Positions 26,429 to 35,948 of a DNA stretch of 39,785 bases are shown here, piece by piece (position 1 is the stretch's first letter; each line of letters opens with the position of its first letter). The translations under genes were made by a program, and so were the position numbers. A model generated the notes under the pieces. The model saw only the letters and a program-made list of their open reading frames with translations. It was not told the origin of the DNA and did no database searches. The stretch lies in sequence record SRR20825010_4221; one strand, written 5' to 3'.

Positions 26429-27568
26429 ATGTCGGTATTTGATTCTAATTTCAAAATAGGAGTTTTAGGAGGAGGTCAACTGGGTCGAATGATGATTCAG
26501 TCGGCCATAGATTTCAACTTTAATGTGCACGTATTAGATCCCGATCCAAACGCACCTTGTAAAGCAATTGCCGCTTCATTCACTCATGGAAAACTCACGG
26601 ACTTTGATACAGTTTACAATTTTGGTAAAGACAAAGATGTAATTACCATTGAAATTGAAAACGTAAATACCGATGCCCTAAAGCAATTGGTCAAGGAAGG
26701 AAAAAAGGTATTTCCACAGCCTGAGGTAATTGAGTTGATTCAAAATAAGACACTTCAGAAAAAGTTTTATAAAGAACACGGTATTCCCACAGCCGAATTT
26801 ATTGAAACTCAATCCAAATTTGATGTTGAAAAACATAAAGACTTTCTTCCTTTCGTAAACAAATTAGCCACAGGAGGTTATGATGGGCGTGGAGTGCAAG
26901 TCATTCGCACCGAAGAGGCAATGCACAAGGCTTTTGATGCCCCAGGTTTTGTTGAAAAACTTATTCCTTTCGAGAAGGAAATAGCTGTGATTGCTGCCAG
27001 AAATGAAAAAGGCGAGGTCACCTGTTTCCCGACAGTTGAAATGGTTTTTCATCCTGAATTGAATCTCGTAGAATATCTGTTTTCGCCAGCAATCGTGAGC
27101 ACTAGCGTTGAGCATAAAGCGCAAGAAATTGCCAAAACGCTAATCACTAAATTGAACATGGTGGGTTTATTGGCCATTGAAATGTTCTTGACAAAAGACG
27201 GTGAAATATTGGTAAACGAAGTGGCACCAAGAACTCACAACAGCGGTCACCAGACCATCGAGGGCAACGAAACATCTCAGTTTGAACAACATTTAAGGGC
27301 CATTTTAAACTTGCCTTTGGGCAGCACTAAAATTGTACACCCAGCCGCAATGGTTAACCTTCTAGGTGAAGATGGCTTTGAAGGGCTTGCCAAATATGAA
27401 GGAATAGAAAATGTAATGGGCCAAGAAGGCATCCACGTACACCTTTATGGCAAAAGCATCACCAAATCTCACCGTAAAATGGGACACGCTACGATTACCG
27501 CAAGCAACATAGAAGGTTTGAAGGAAAAAGTTAATTTCGTAACAGCAGAATTAAAGATAAAAGCATGA
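26429..27568 (+). CDS. purK: N5-carboxyaminoimidazole ribonucleotide synthase
   Basis: GVLGGGQLGRM, EIENV, GYDGRG, NEVAPRTHNSGH, SQFEQHLRA, HLYGK, RKMGH; ATG 26429 preferred over TTG 26393. Confidence 0.96.
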   Translation: MSVFDSNFKIGVLGGGQLGRMMIQSAIDFNFNVHVLDPDPNAPCKAIAASFTHGKLTDFDTVYNFGKDKDVITIEIENVNTDALKQLVKEGKKVFPQPEVIELIQNKTLQKKFYKEHGIPTAEFIETQSKFDVEKHKDFLPFVNKLATGGYDGRGVQVIRTEEAMHKAFDAPGFVEKLIPFEKEIAVIAARNEKGEVTCFPTVEMVFHPELNLVEYLFSPAIVSTSVEHKAQEIAKTLITKLNMVGLLAIEMFLTKDGEILVNEVAPRTHNSGHQTIEGNETSQFEQHLRAILNLPLGSTKIVHPAAMVNLLGEDGFEGLAKYEGIENVMGQEGIHVHLYGKSITKSHRKMGHATITASNIEGLKEKVNFVTAELKIKA

Positions 27569-28071
27569 GCAAGGCATTGGTAGGAATCATAATGGGTAGT
27601 CAGTCAGATTTACGTGTAATGTCTGATGCGGCTTCTGTTTTAGAAGAATTAGGTGTTCCTTTCGAGGTAACCATTGTTTCTGCGCACCGAACACCGCATA
27701 GAATGGTAGACTATGCCGAGCAAGCCATTGATAAAGGGCTTAAGGTGGTCATTGCTGGCGCTGGTGGTGCAGCACATTTACCAGGAATGGTAGCTTCCTT
27801 AACCACTTTACCTGTAATTGGCGTGCCCGTTAAATCAAGCAACTCCATTGATGGCTGGGATTCGGTACTTTCTATTTTGCAAATGCCTGGTGGGGTGCCA
27901 GTAGCTACCGTAGCCCTTGATGGCGCAAAAAACGCGGGTATTTTAGCCGCTCAAATCGTGGGTACTTTTAACGAAAAGGTGGCTGAAAACTTGAAGTTGT
28001 ACAAGGCGGAAATGCGTACGAAGGTTGAAGACAGTGTGGAAGAATTGGCCTCAAAAGGCTGGAAAAAATAA
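27565..28071 (+). CDS. purE: N5-carboxyaminoimidazole ribonucleotide mutase
   Basis: IMGSxSD, VSAHRTP, AGAGGAAHLPGM, PVIGVP, QMPGGVPVATV. Confidence 0.98.
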   Translation: MSKALVGIIMGSQSDLRVMSDAASVLEELGVPFEVTIVSAHRTPHRMVDYAEQAIDKGLKVVIAGAGGAAHLPGMVASLTTLPVIGVPVKSSNSIDGWDSVLSILQMPGGVPVATVALDGAKNAGILAAQIVGTFNEKVAENLKLYKAEMRTKVEDSVEELASKGWKK

Positions 28072-28076
28072 GCCTA

Positions 28077-28478
28077 ATGGCTGCATTAAGTTTATCCCAT
28101 ATAAAAGAAACCTGCCTTTATGTTTCTGATCTAAACAAGACAGAGCATTTTTATCATACCAGACTTGGGTTACCTGTTGTTGCTAAAGTTGATGGGCGAC
28201 ATCTATTTTTTAAAGTAGGCAACTGTATGTTGCTTTGCTTTCTGCCCGAAGTAAGTAAAATAGAAGAAACTTTACCGCCCCATTTTGCCAAAGGCAAACA
28301 ACATATGGCCTTTGGGGTTCCTCTGAATGAATACGAAGATTGGAAGAAAAAGCTGATGGATTTAGGAATTCCTGTTACCTGTGAGCACCATTGGCATGAA
28401 GATTTATACTCTCTTTACTTTGAAGATCCAGATGGCAATGTTTTAGAAATTGTTCCGAACGAACTTTGGGATAATTAA
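28077..28478 (+). CDS. VOC/glyoxalase-family protein
   Basis: ETCLYV.DL...FY...LG, HMAF, SLYFEDPDGNVLEI. Confidence 0.9.
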   Translation: MAALSLSHIKETCLYVSDLNKTEHFYHTRLGLPVVAKVDGRHLFFKVGNCMLLCFLPEVSKIEETLPPHFAKGKQHMAFGVPLNEYEDWKKKLMDLGIPVTCEHHWHEDLYSLYFEDPDGNVLEIVPNELWDN

Positions 28479-28696
28479 ATCTCGTATTCTAATTCATGAA
28501 ATCCAGAATATTGGAAATCGAACCAATACTCATATTCTGAATATTGAATACAATCCTCTAAAACTTGATCGGCCAAATTGAGTCTAACAAAACTCGTTTG
28601 TGGTAACCACTCGCGAAGCTTGAATACTTGATCAAAGGGTAACCTAGAAACCTGAACATATCCGGTGCCTAAGTCGATGTGGGGCTGTGCTTTCAT
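28475..28696 (-). CDS. Small hypothetical cytoplasmic protein
   Basis: 73 aa, protein-like composition (YVQVSRLP.DQ...DCIQYSEYEYWF); convergent 4-nt overlap with the VOC gene. Confidence 0.65.
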   Translation of the reverse strand: MKAQPHIDLGTGYVQVSRLPFDQVFKLREWLPQTSFVRLNLADQVLEDCIQYSEYEYWFDFQYSGFHELEYEI

Positions 28697-28771
28697 TTGA
28701 ATGCAATTTTAATCAATTACGACACTCGTAACTTAATCAGCTGTTTATCAGATTATTAAGTTTATGTATCT

Positions 28772-28810
28772 AAAACAATAAGTCACCCGCATTTCAAGCG
28801 ACTTATTGTT
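28772..28810 (-). terminator. Intrinsic terminator downstream of the AsmA gene
   Basis: Perfect 11-bp inverted repeat AACAATAAGTC / GACTTATTGTT (28774-28784, 28800-28810), extendable with G-U pairs on the minus strand, ending in TTTT. Confidence 0.65.
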
Positions 28811-28859
28811 AAGATGACTTAATTGAGTAAAATGTTACAGTTGGCGTCAAAAATTATTT

Positions 28860-31800
28860 CTAATTGCCACCTCCGCCTTTTTTCTTTTTCAGTAAGCCTT
28901 TCAATACACCTTCGGCTTTCTTCTTTGCTTCTTCAAGCTTTTGGTCAGTAGTATCCTTTTTAACCCCTAATTTACCAGCAAGCTTGAGCGCAGCACTGTC
29001 AGTTTGGGACTTCAATAATGAGTCAGCTTTAGACTTAAGCTCTGTTTTCTTCGCGTCCAAAACTAAGTTTGCTGAGTCCTTTGCTTGATCAACTTTCGCC
29101 TGAACTTCCTGCTTCACTTCTTCTTTCTTTTCCTCTACTTTAGCTTTTACTGAAGCCGTTACTGCACTTTTGACGTCAGTACCGTCACTGTTGTCTACAC
29201 TTCTAAGGCCGAATTCAGGCTTGGCATAGGTGCCACTCATACCGATGTTCAACCTCATTGTGCTGCTTAAAGCTGCCGAGCTACCCGTGACTTGGGAAAC
29301 TAAACTATTCAATTGGGCTCCAATTTGGCCTGTCTCTACATCCATTCCTAAAACATAATCGATTGAACCGTCAATTCCCGTACTTCCCGCAATTGTGGTT
29401 TTATAGTCACCAAGTTTCACATCGAAAGGCTTCACGAATAATCGGCCATCCTTAATTTCAGCTGACATTTTTACTTTATCTAAAGTTGAAGTAGAAATTT
29501 TTTGAAGCTTAGTCAGCGAAGTTAGACCCGTTACTATTTTTGAGTCTTGATCTAAACTGGCTTGTAATAACTGTAATACTCCACTACCAGATATGGTGCT
29601 ATAATCAGGCATCATGTCTGCACCCAAGGCTCCAGCCATTGCAAAATCCGTGGACAAAAGACCTTGCATCTTCTCAGCAATTGGTGCTAATTTTTGAATC
29701 ATCTCGATGCTCTGGAAAGACTGAGGAATTGAAATCTCCTTTACTTTAAAGCCAAAAGCAAAAAGCGGCTTTTCTGGTTTACTATCGTAAGAGCCTTGTA
29801 AACCAACAGTACCATTGAGGGTTTTCATGTTGGCATTTTCTAAAGCTACTTTGCCATCCTTTACAACTAAACCGCTTTTCACTTCTTTAAGCTCAAGCTT
29901 ATTGTACATTACCTTATTCACAGAAGCGCTCATATTGAATTCCACATTTTCAGGAATTCTAACTACCTGCATAGGCTCGCCTGTTTCATCGACAACGACT
30001 TCTTCAGATTCGGTCATCCATTCGTTTACATTCAGCATATCAGCGTTAGCATTTAGATTCCCTTTTAACTTTCCATCATTCAAAGCAAAACCCAAGTAGT
30101 TTTCAATTTTACCTGTAGCACTAAAGTTCGTTTCACCAGCCGAGCCATTTAGCTCATTAAGATTAATACTGCTTTTATCAAAAGAGGTGTTTGCTGAAGA
30201 GATTTTAAAAGTTTTTCCCATGGCTTCATCAGCATACACAAGGTTGGTCACTTTCAGCACTCCTTTGGTGTCTAAGTTTTGATAACGCTCATTTTCTATA
30301 TCGCTCATTCGACCTTTTGAGCTCAAGTCAGCCATAATGATTCCAGAAGCCTGAACACCTTCCATCGGGTAAATTTTGAAAATTTTCTCAAGGTCAATGG
30401 TTCCTTTGGCCGTAGCATCCCATTCAAAATTATCTGGGTTTTGAAGCATCAATTTGGCCTGAAAGGGCTGTCCATCCATCATAAAATCCATGTTGGAAAC
30501 ATTGATTTTGGTATCCTTTATTTTACCCGTTGGGTTTAGCACTTCAGCCACCACATTGATTTTTTCCAATGGAATTGGGAACTCCGTAGACTGTATTTTA
30601 CCATCTTTGAGGTTCATGGTAATGTCTAATATAGGAATGATGGACTGTAGACTATCGTACTTGCCATTTGCTTTTGCATTCAAGGTCATTATTCCGTCTA
30701 GAACAAGCCCTTCAATAGGCAACATGCTATTTAAATCTTTTAGGTTCAACGTGCCTTTGATATCGGCATCAATGGGGTAATCTTTTAGATTAGCTACTTT
30801 TAATCGTGCATCAAATGGATTCTTCCCAAAGTCAATGTGCATTTTCTTTAGGTCAATCACTGTGTTCTCGATTACACCGTTCGGGTTATCTACATTCAAG
30901 GCAACTTGAATATTATTGATGGTCTCTGGTAAATTAGGGTATTGAACAGATGCATCATCAATATTAAGGTTAAGGCTAAAGGCAGGCATTTCAGTATCTG
31001 AATACTTACCCTTCACCATTCCGCTAAACGAAACATTACCCGTTGCTTTCACATCATCGAAGCTCTCTGTATAGGCACCGGGAATAAGTGAGAATATTTT
31101 TTTGAATTCTGATGAAGGAGAGCTAAACGAAAGATCCATACCATAGGAATCATCGAACATCGTAAACGAGCCATTGGCGGCTAAAGGAAATTCGTTAATC
31201 AGAAATTCATTTTCTTTAAATGTAAACTTCATGTTGGGCAGGTCCATGCTCATCACCAAGTCCATTGTCACTGACTTATTGGTTACATATTCTGTTCCGT
31301 CATAAGCAAATGTTGCTGCATCAACCTTTCCTTCAGAAACCAAATCGAAAATATCTTCGGCAAAATCACCCTTTCCAGAAATGTTTATTCCGTTCAGTTG
31401 CGTAAATACTTGTGAAGATTGATCGAAGTAAATAAAATCACCATTTGAGACTGAGAAACTTTTAATCCCAAAGCTTAGAGAGCCTTCTGATTCAGTTATA
31501 TCTACCTGCTCAGCATCCTCGATAACCTTCATTATATCATAGTTGGCAGTCCCATCTTCCAAAACAATAATGGTAATGTCTGGTGATTCTAGATTCACTC
31601 CTTTAATAGTAATCGCCTCACCAAAAAGCACCTCTTTCAAGTTAATTTGAGCTTCTAGATTTTCTACACTTGCAAGCGTATCTCCTTCAAAAACACCTTT
31701 TCCAATTATGCCAAAGTCGCCAAGGCTCACCGTAAAATCCGGGAAATTTTTAATGAGCGAAAGCCCAAATTTATCAATGTCGAAGTATAAGGTGGCTTCA

Positions 31801-31925
31801 GTGTTCTTGTCAAACTCCGAAACAATTTTATCTCTTATTTTATCTTTGAAAAAGATGGGGATAAGCAGCAGCAATAAAAAGACAAACAAAAATACTCCGA
31901 GAACAATTTTGAAAAAGCGCTTCAT
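28860..31925 (-). CDS. AsmA-family protein (putative intermembrane lipid bridge)
   Basis: N-terminal TM anchor, SL...FP, long beta-rich body, G..NYD, C-terminal G....DGS.DY and GTY.KP motifs with helical Lys-rich tail. Confidence 0.88.
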   Translation of the reverse strand: MKRFFKIVLGVFLFVFLLLLLIPIFFKDKIRDKIVSEFDKNTEATLYFDIDKFGLSLIKNFPDFTVSLGDFGIIGKGVFEGDTLASVENLEAQINLKEVLFGEAITIKGVNLESPDITIIVLEDGTANYDIMKVIEDAEQVDITESEGSLSFGIKSFSVSNGDFIYFDQSSQVFTQLNGINISGKGDFAEDIFDLVSEGKVDAATFAYDGTEYVTNKSVTMDLVMSMDLPNMKFTFKENEFLINEFPLAANGSFTMFDDSYGMDLSFSSPSSEFKKIFSLIPGAYTESFDDVKATGNVSFSGMVKGKYSDTEMPAFSLNLNIDDASVQYPNLPETINNIQVALNVDNPNGVIENTVIDLKKMHIDFGKNPFDARLKVANLKDYPIDADIKGTLNLKDLNSMLPIEGLVLDGIMTLNAKANGKYDSLQSIIPILDITMNLKDGKIQSTEFPIPLEKINVVAEVLNPTGKIKDTKINVSNMDFMMDGQPFQAKLMLQNPDNFEWDATAKGTIDLEKIFKIYPMEGVQASGIIMADLSSKGRMSDIENERYQNLDTKGVLKVTNLVYADEAMGKTFKISSANTSFDKSSINLNELNGSAGETNFSATGKIENYLGFALNDGKLKGNLNANADMLNVNEWMTESEEVVVDETGEPMQVVRIPENVEFNMSASVNKVMYNKLELKEVKSGLVVKDGKVALENANMKTLNGTVGLQGSYDSKPEKPLFAFGFKVKEISIPQSFQSIEMIQKLAPIAEKMQGLLSTDFAMAGALGADMMPDYSTISGSGVLQLLQASLDQDSKIVTGLTSLTKLQKISTSTLDKVKMSAEIKDGRLFVKPFDVKLGDYKTTIAGSTGIDGSIDYVLGMDVETGQIGAQLNSLVSQVTGSSAALSSTMRLNIGMSGTYAKPEFGLRSVDNSDGTDVKSAVTASVKAKVEEKKEEVKQEVQAKVDQAKDSANLVLDAKKTELKSKADSLLKSQTDSAALKLAGKLGVKKDTTDQKLEEAKKKAEGVLKGLLKKKKGGGGN

Positions 31926-31947
31926 AAAACTTTAGTTTTTAATAATA

Positions 31948-31955
31948 CAAAAGTA
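31948..31955 (-). promoter_or_regulatory. -7 promoter element of the AsmA gene
   Basis: TACTTTTG on minus strand, 22 nt upstream of ATG. Confidence 0.45.
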
Positions 31956-32016
31956 TAGAATAAACTAGGAAGAAGCCTTGATGTTATAAAAATAGAGATT
32001 AAATAATCTTGATGGT

Positions 32017-32553
32017 TTAAGATTTGAGCTTTCTAATCTTCCTCGGACCATACCACAACCAAATACCTGATATGGAAAGAATTAAGAGGCCAAGACCCAA
32101 AACGTTCATAGAAATAAGTTTAAACAGTTCTGAAATTATGCTCCCATCATGTATTTGCTCTATCCAGTCGGAATTTCGTTTGGCTACGGAATAAACTTCT
32201 AGTGTTTTCGCATCTATTTGAACTTCCCAACTTCCTGTATCGAAGATCACTTTCGCGATTCCTTTAGTAGGTCGATATTCAATTCGATCAAAATTAGAAG
32301 CATTCAAGCCCAAACTGTCCACTGCCTGAAGCGAAACATCTGCCAAGCGTTGAACAGAATGCCAATTCGACATCTCCAAAGTTTCACCTTCCTGAGTTGG
32401 AGGTTGTAGGATATCGATATTCTTTTTCCAACCTAAGATTAGCCCCGTAATCGAACTTATAATCAGAAAAGTAACGATGAACAAACCAAGCGTCTTGTGG
32501 ATTTGACGATATGATCTTATGCTTTTAACAAGCTTAACAGGAGCCTTAGCCAT
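32017..32553 (-). CDS. PepSY-associated TM-helix domain protein
   Basis: R.IH..LG...SITG first TM; periplasmic loop with EVQID..T; IHDG and SG.WLW second TM. Confidence 0.85.
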   Translation of the reverse strand: MAKAPVKLVKSIRSYRQIHKTLGLFIVTFLIISSITGLILGWKKNIDILQPPTQEGETLEMSNWHSVQRLADVSLQAVDSLGLNASNFDRIEYRPTKGIAKVIFDTGSWEVQIDAKTLEVYSVAKRNSDWIEQIHDGSIISELFKLISMNVLGLGLLILSISGIWLWYGPRKIRKLKS

Positions 32554-32700
32554 AAATCAATGAGTTTGCTTAAAGCGCGAATAAGTAGAATTTAAGTGGA
32601 ACCCACAACCATAATTATATGAACAAAGCTTTGATTAAGGTGAGAAAATAACTGAGCTAAACTACGCGACCATAAATTTTGTGTTACGTAATTTGCTTAT

Positions 32701-32733
32701 ATGTTACCTTAATGTTATCTTAATGTTACCAAA
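32701..32733 (+). promoter_or_regulatory. Three tandem 11-bp direct repeats (OmpR/PhoB-type box candidate)
   Basis: ATGTTACCTTA-ATGTTATCTTA-ATGTTACCAAA, covering the expected -33 position. Confidence 0.55.
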
Positions 32734-32748
32734 GATATTCTTAAACAG

Positions 32749-32756
32749 TAACTTTG
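32749..32756 (+). promoter_or_regulatory. -7 promoter element
   Basis: TAACTTTG, 10 nt before ATG 32767. Confidence 0.6.
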
Positions 32757-32766
32757 CAGCTAAACA

Positions 32767-33627
32767 ATGAGAATAAGGAGAGACATATGGTTGATAATAA
32801 TAGTGGGGGTTCTCAACTTTAACCTATATGCCCAAACTCCTATTCAGAATAATTCAATACAGGAAACGCTTAACAAAGCTGATCTATTTCTTGTCGATGC
32901 TGAACCACAGCAAAGAATAGTGGCTCATCAGAACCTTAGCCAACTCATTGATAATCTTGAGGCTATAAGAAGAAAAGAAACCAATGATGGTACCTTCCTA
33001 CGCAAGTTGTTTCTTAAAACCAACAGAAAAACGCTTCGTAGATATACCCTCTACGCTGATCTTTCTGAAACTTTACTCAGCGGAAACTATGGCTGCTTAT
33101 CAGGCACAGTACTATATTCTATTCTTCTCTCGCATTTCGATTTTGACTTTACAGCGATTGAGCTTTCGAATCATGTTTACTTATTAGTAGAAAAAGATAA
33201 CTCAAAATTCATTTTTGAATCAACTTTGGGCTCTAGGGGTCTTATCGCAAATAAAAAAGACATAGAAAAAGCGCTGAGTGGCTATAATGAGCGTTCGTTG
33301 GTAAATCAGTCAATGACAGCTGTAGCTTCATCAAAGAGTAGTGAACAACCTTCATATATTAATAATCAAATTGGTTTAAAGGAGCTGGCTGGCCTACAAT
33401 ACTATAATAAGGCCATTGAAAGTTTTAAGAACTCTGAACTAATTACTGCGTTAAAATATACTGAAGAATCTCACAAACTGTACCCTTCAGTAAGAATAAA
33501 ACGACTTATGCAATTACTAGTAAATCAAATCCTTTATAGTAAGGGGTTAACTCAAGAGGTAAAGCAAGAAGCCTTGAACAATTACATTTCTCACGTTCGT
33601 GAGAATAAGATCAGTCAAACTAAATAG
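32767..33627 (+). CDS. Secreted transglutaminase-like (SirB1-like) protein with C-terminal TPR-like helices
   Basis: Signal peptide; YGCLSG...NHVYL...FEST gives a Cys-His-Glu pattern; LAGLQYYN.A TPR-like tail. Confidence 0.6.
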   Translation: MRIRRDIWLIIIVGVLNFNLYAQTPIQNNSIQETLNKADLFLVDAEPQQRIVAHQNLSQLIDNLEAIRRKETNDGTFLRKLFLKTNRKTLRRYTLYADLSETLLSGNYGCLSGTVLYSILLSHFDFDFTAIELSNHVYLLVEKDNSKFIFESTLGSRGLIANKKDIEKALSGYNERSLVNQSMTAVASSKSSEQPSYINNQIGLKELAGLQYYNKAIESFKNSELITALKYTEESHKLYPSVRIKRLMQLLVNQILYSKGLTQEVKQEALNNYISHVRENKISQTK

Positions 33628-33636
33628 ATTTCCCTT

Positions 33637-35859
33637 TTACATACCAATAATGGTGAACTCAACTCTTCGGTTGAGGGCTCTACCCGTGTCGGTTCTATTG
33701 GTGGCCAATGGCACGCTTTCTCCATACCAAACAAACTGAAGTCGATCTTCTTTGATTCCTAAGCCTGCAAGTGCCTTCCGAACAGCCTCCACCCTTCTTC
33801 TAGACAAATTAATGTTATACTCTGGACTGCCATAGTTATCCGTATGGCCAGCCAGCTCTACAATGGCCGTAGGGTAGTCGTTCATGAATTTAGCAAGGTT
33901 CCTAATTTCTGCCCAAGACCTGGGTTTGAGCAAATCTTTATCAAAATCGAAAAACACGTTTCGAATAATAAAGGAAGCTCCAGTGGCGGCTTTCACCACT
34001 TGGGCATTTATGTTTATGACTGGACTCTGAATATCACTTACCAAAGCATTAGATTCCAATGGCAACTCATCCAATTCTTTTCGCTGGGCATTTAAAAGCT
34101 CAAAGGTGTCTCTCTTAATTTGAGGTAAAGCAAGATCAATGGCTACCGCCTTCATAATATTTGCTGGAACACTAATAGGTTCACCAGTAGCCAAATCTGC
34201 ACTATCAAGGTCTAATTTGTCTAGTGTCACTGCAAACACATTGACCTCCGAAATATCCAATAAGTCAACCGTAGCTCCAACTGGAATAAAACCAGGTATT
34301 TCGGCCCTATAAGTATAAATTTCATCTGCTGGCAGTTCCGTGCAATAATTTCCAGCGGCATCGGTTCTTACTCGGCCAACCTCTACTCCATCTCTCAACC
34401 TAGAGAACACTACTTCTGCATCCAAAGGATCCCCTGTTTCGGGGTCAGTAATTGCTCCGCACATTGTCACTAGTCTCAATTGACGTGTTACCAAAGGCAG
34501 CGTCATAGAAAAAATATCAAGGTCGTTGCCCTCTACTTCTCTACAGAAATAAGCAAGCGATCCATTCTGCGGAACGAATAGGAACATATCGTCCTCTTCT
34601 GTATTAATAACTGGCCCTAAATTTTCCGGTTCAGTCCAACTGGTCCAAGTGTTATCTAAGCGTCTGGTTACATAAATGTCTTTCTTGCCGTATCCACTAT
34701 GCCCTTCAGAAGTGAAAAACATGGTCTTTTTATCTGGCATTAAAAACTGTCCCTCTTCTTCGCCAGCAGAGTTTACCACTGGCCCCATGTGTAAGGGCTC
34801 CGTCCATAAACCATCTCTCTGTAAAAAACTTACATATAAATCTCTTCCTCCTTCGGTTCTCTTACCTTCTTCCGAAATAAGAAGAACTTCACTATCTGGT
34901 GTAAGCCAAAAGTTCACATTTCTATGAACATTAACATCGTTGAAAATCTTAAGATTTTCAGGCTTAGTCCATTCCTTTTTCGATATCCTCTGACTTTTCG
35001 AGATACCATACTTCATTCCACCTGGCAAATACTTATTGCCCAGAATAATCAGTTCTTCGCTTTCTTGCAGAAATGAGCTTATAAAATTGGGGTCAGGGTT
35101 ATTAAGGACATCACCAATATTGGTTGCTAGACCCCAGTCTAAAGTAGTTGAATCAAAGTCAGAATACCATATGTCTTCCATGTCATCTTCCCCTCCTACA
35201 TTTCCTGGGTGTCCTCTTCTGCTGAAATACATCGTTTTATTGTCTTTAGTCAATAAGGGCTTTATCTCCCTATTTGCACTATTTACTAAGTCGTTCAATC
35301 TTGTTACCTCCAGCTTAGTGTTGATATTAGGCAATAGGTTAATTTTTGCCTCAATCGGTTCTTGTGAATTAGAAACACCAATACAGTCAATGGCCGAAAA
35401 CCCATTAACCCGTCTTCCATCAATTACTATTTTGATTGCTTTTACATTGTAAGTGGTCTTTTCCAAAAAAATCCTGAACATCCTATGCGGTTCATCAACT
35501 GGCCCTGGAGTTTGTTTAAACACTAAATGCTCTTTGTTATCATCGTCATAAAGAAACACTTCCCTAATGGCTCCTGGGTTAAATGTCTCCCCTATTGCAA
35601 TTTGTTCGATAGGCATTTCCAAACTGAATTGTACCTTAACAAATTCAACGGTATTGGGGTTGAAGGGTGCCCAAGCACTAGGACTCTCTCCCCCTGCGGG
35701 TAATGCATCAGGCTTACCCAACAACTGCTTGGCCGAACCCTGAAGCTGAGAAATTTCAGAAGAATAGTCAATCACACGCGAAGCCCACTGAACTGTGGTT
35801 TGGGAATAGGCCGCAGAAAAGCAGAACACCCAAAGAAGCGCACAAAGGACAATTCTCAT
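33637..35859 (-). CDS. PD40-repeat / CRD-like / OmpA-domain envelope protein (PorE-like architecture)
   Basis: Signal peptide from ATG 35859 (track start TTG 35892); PD40 repeats (GGRDLYVS, GYGKKDIY, PENLGP.INT), OmpA domain (NVFFDFDK, GHTD..G...YN..LS.RR, NRRVEF). Confidence 0.85.
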   Translation of the reverse strand: MRIVLCALLWVFCFSAAYSQTTVQWASRVIDYSSEISQLQGSAKQLLGKPDALPAGGESPSAWAPFNPNTVEFVKVQFSLEMPIEQIAIGETFNPGAIREVFLYDDDNKEHLVFKQTPGPVDEPHRMFRIFLEKTTYNVKAIKIVIDGRRVNGFSAIDCIGVSNSQEPIEAKINLLPNINTKLEVTRLNDLVNSANREIKPLLTKDNKTMYFSRRGHPGNVGGEDDMEDIWYSDFDSTTLDWGLATNIGDVLNNPDPNFISSFLQESEELIILGNKYLPGGMKYGISKSQRISKKEWTKPENLKIFNDVNVHRNVNFWLTPDSEVLLISEEGKRTEGGRDLYVSFLQRDGLWTEPLHMGPVVNSAGEEEGQFLMPDKKTMFFTSEGHSGYGKKDIYVTRRLDNTWTSWTEPENLGPVINTEEDDMFLFVPQNGSLAYFCREVEGNDLDIFSMTLPLVTRQLRLVTMCGAITDPETGDPLDAEVVFSRLRDGVEVGRVRTDAAGNYCTELPADEIYTYRAEIPGFIPVGATVDLLDISEVNVFAVTLDKLDLDSADLATGEPISVPANIMKAVAIDLALPQIKRDTFELLNAQRKELDELPLESNALVSDIQSPVININAQVVKAATGASFIIRNVFFDFDKDLLKPRSWAEIRNLAKFMNDYPTAIVELAGHTDNYGSPEYNINLSRRRVEAVRKALAGLGIKEDRLQFVWYGESVPLATNRTDTGRALNRRVEFTIIGM

Positions 35860-35948
35860 AGAAGTGAAAACACGTATGTTATAGAGTTTCAATAATAGCC
35901 AATTATAACAAGTAAATAAATATTTAGGTACAGCAAATACCCTTTTTC

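Noticed and set aside
28860-29160. Lys/Glu-rich low-complexity end of AsmA (KKKKGGGGN)
   Set aside because: Ordinary helical tail, no DNA-level tandem repeat unit.
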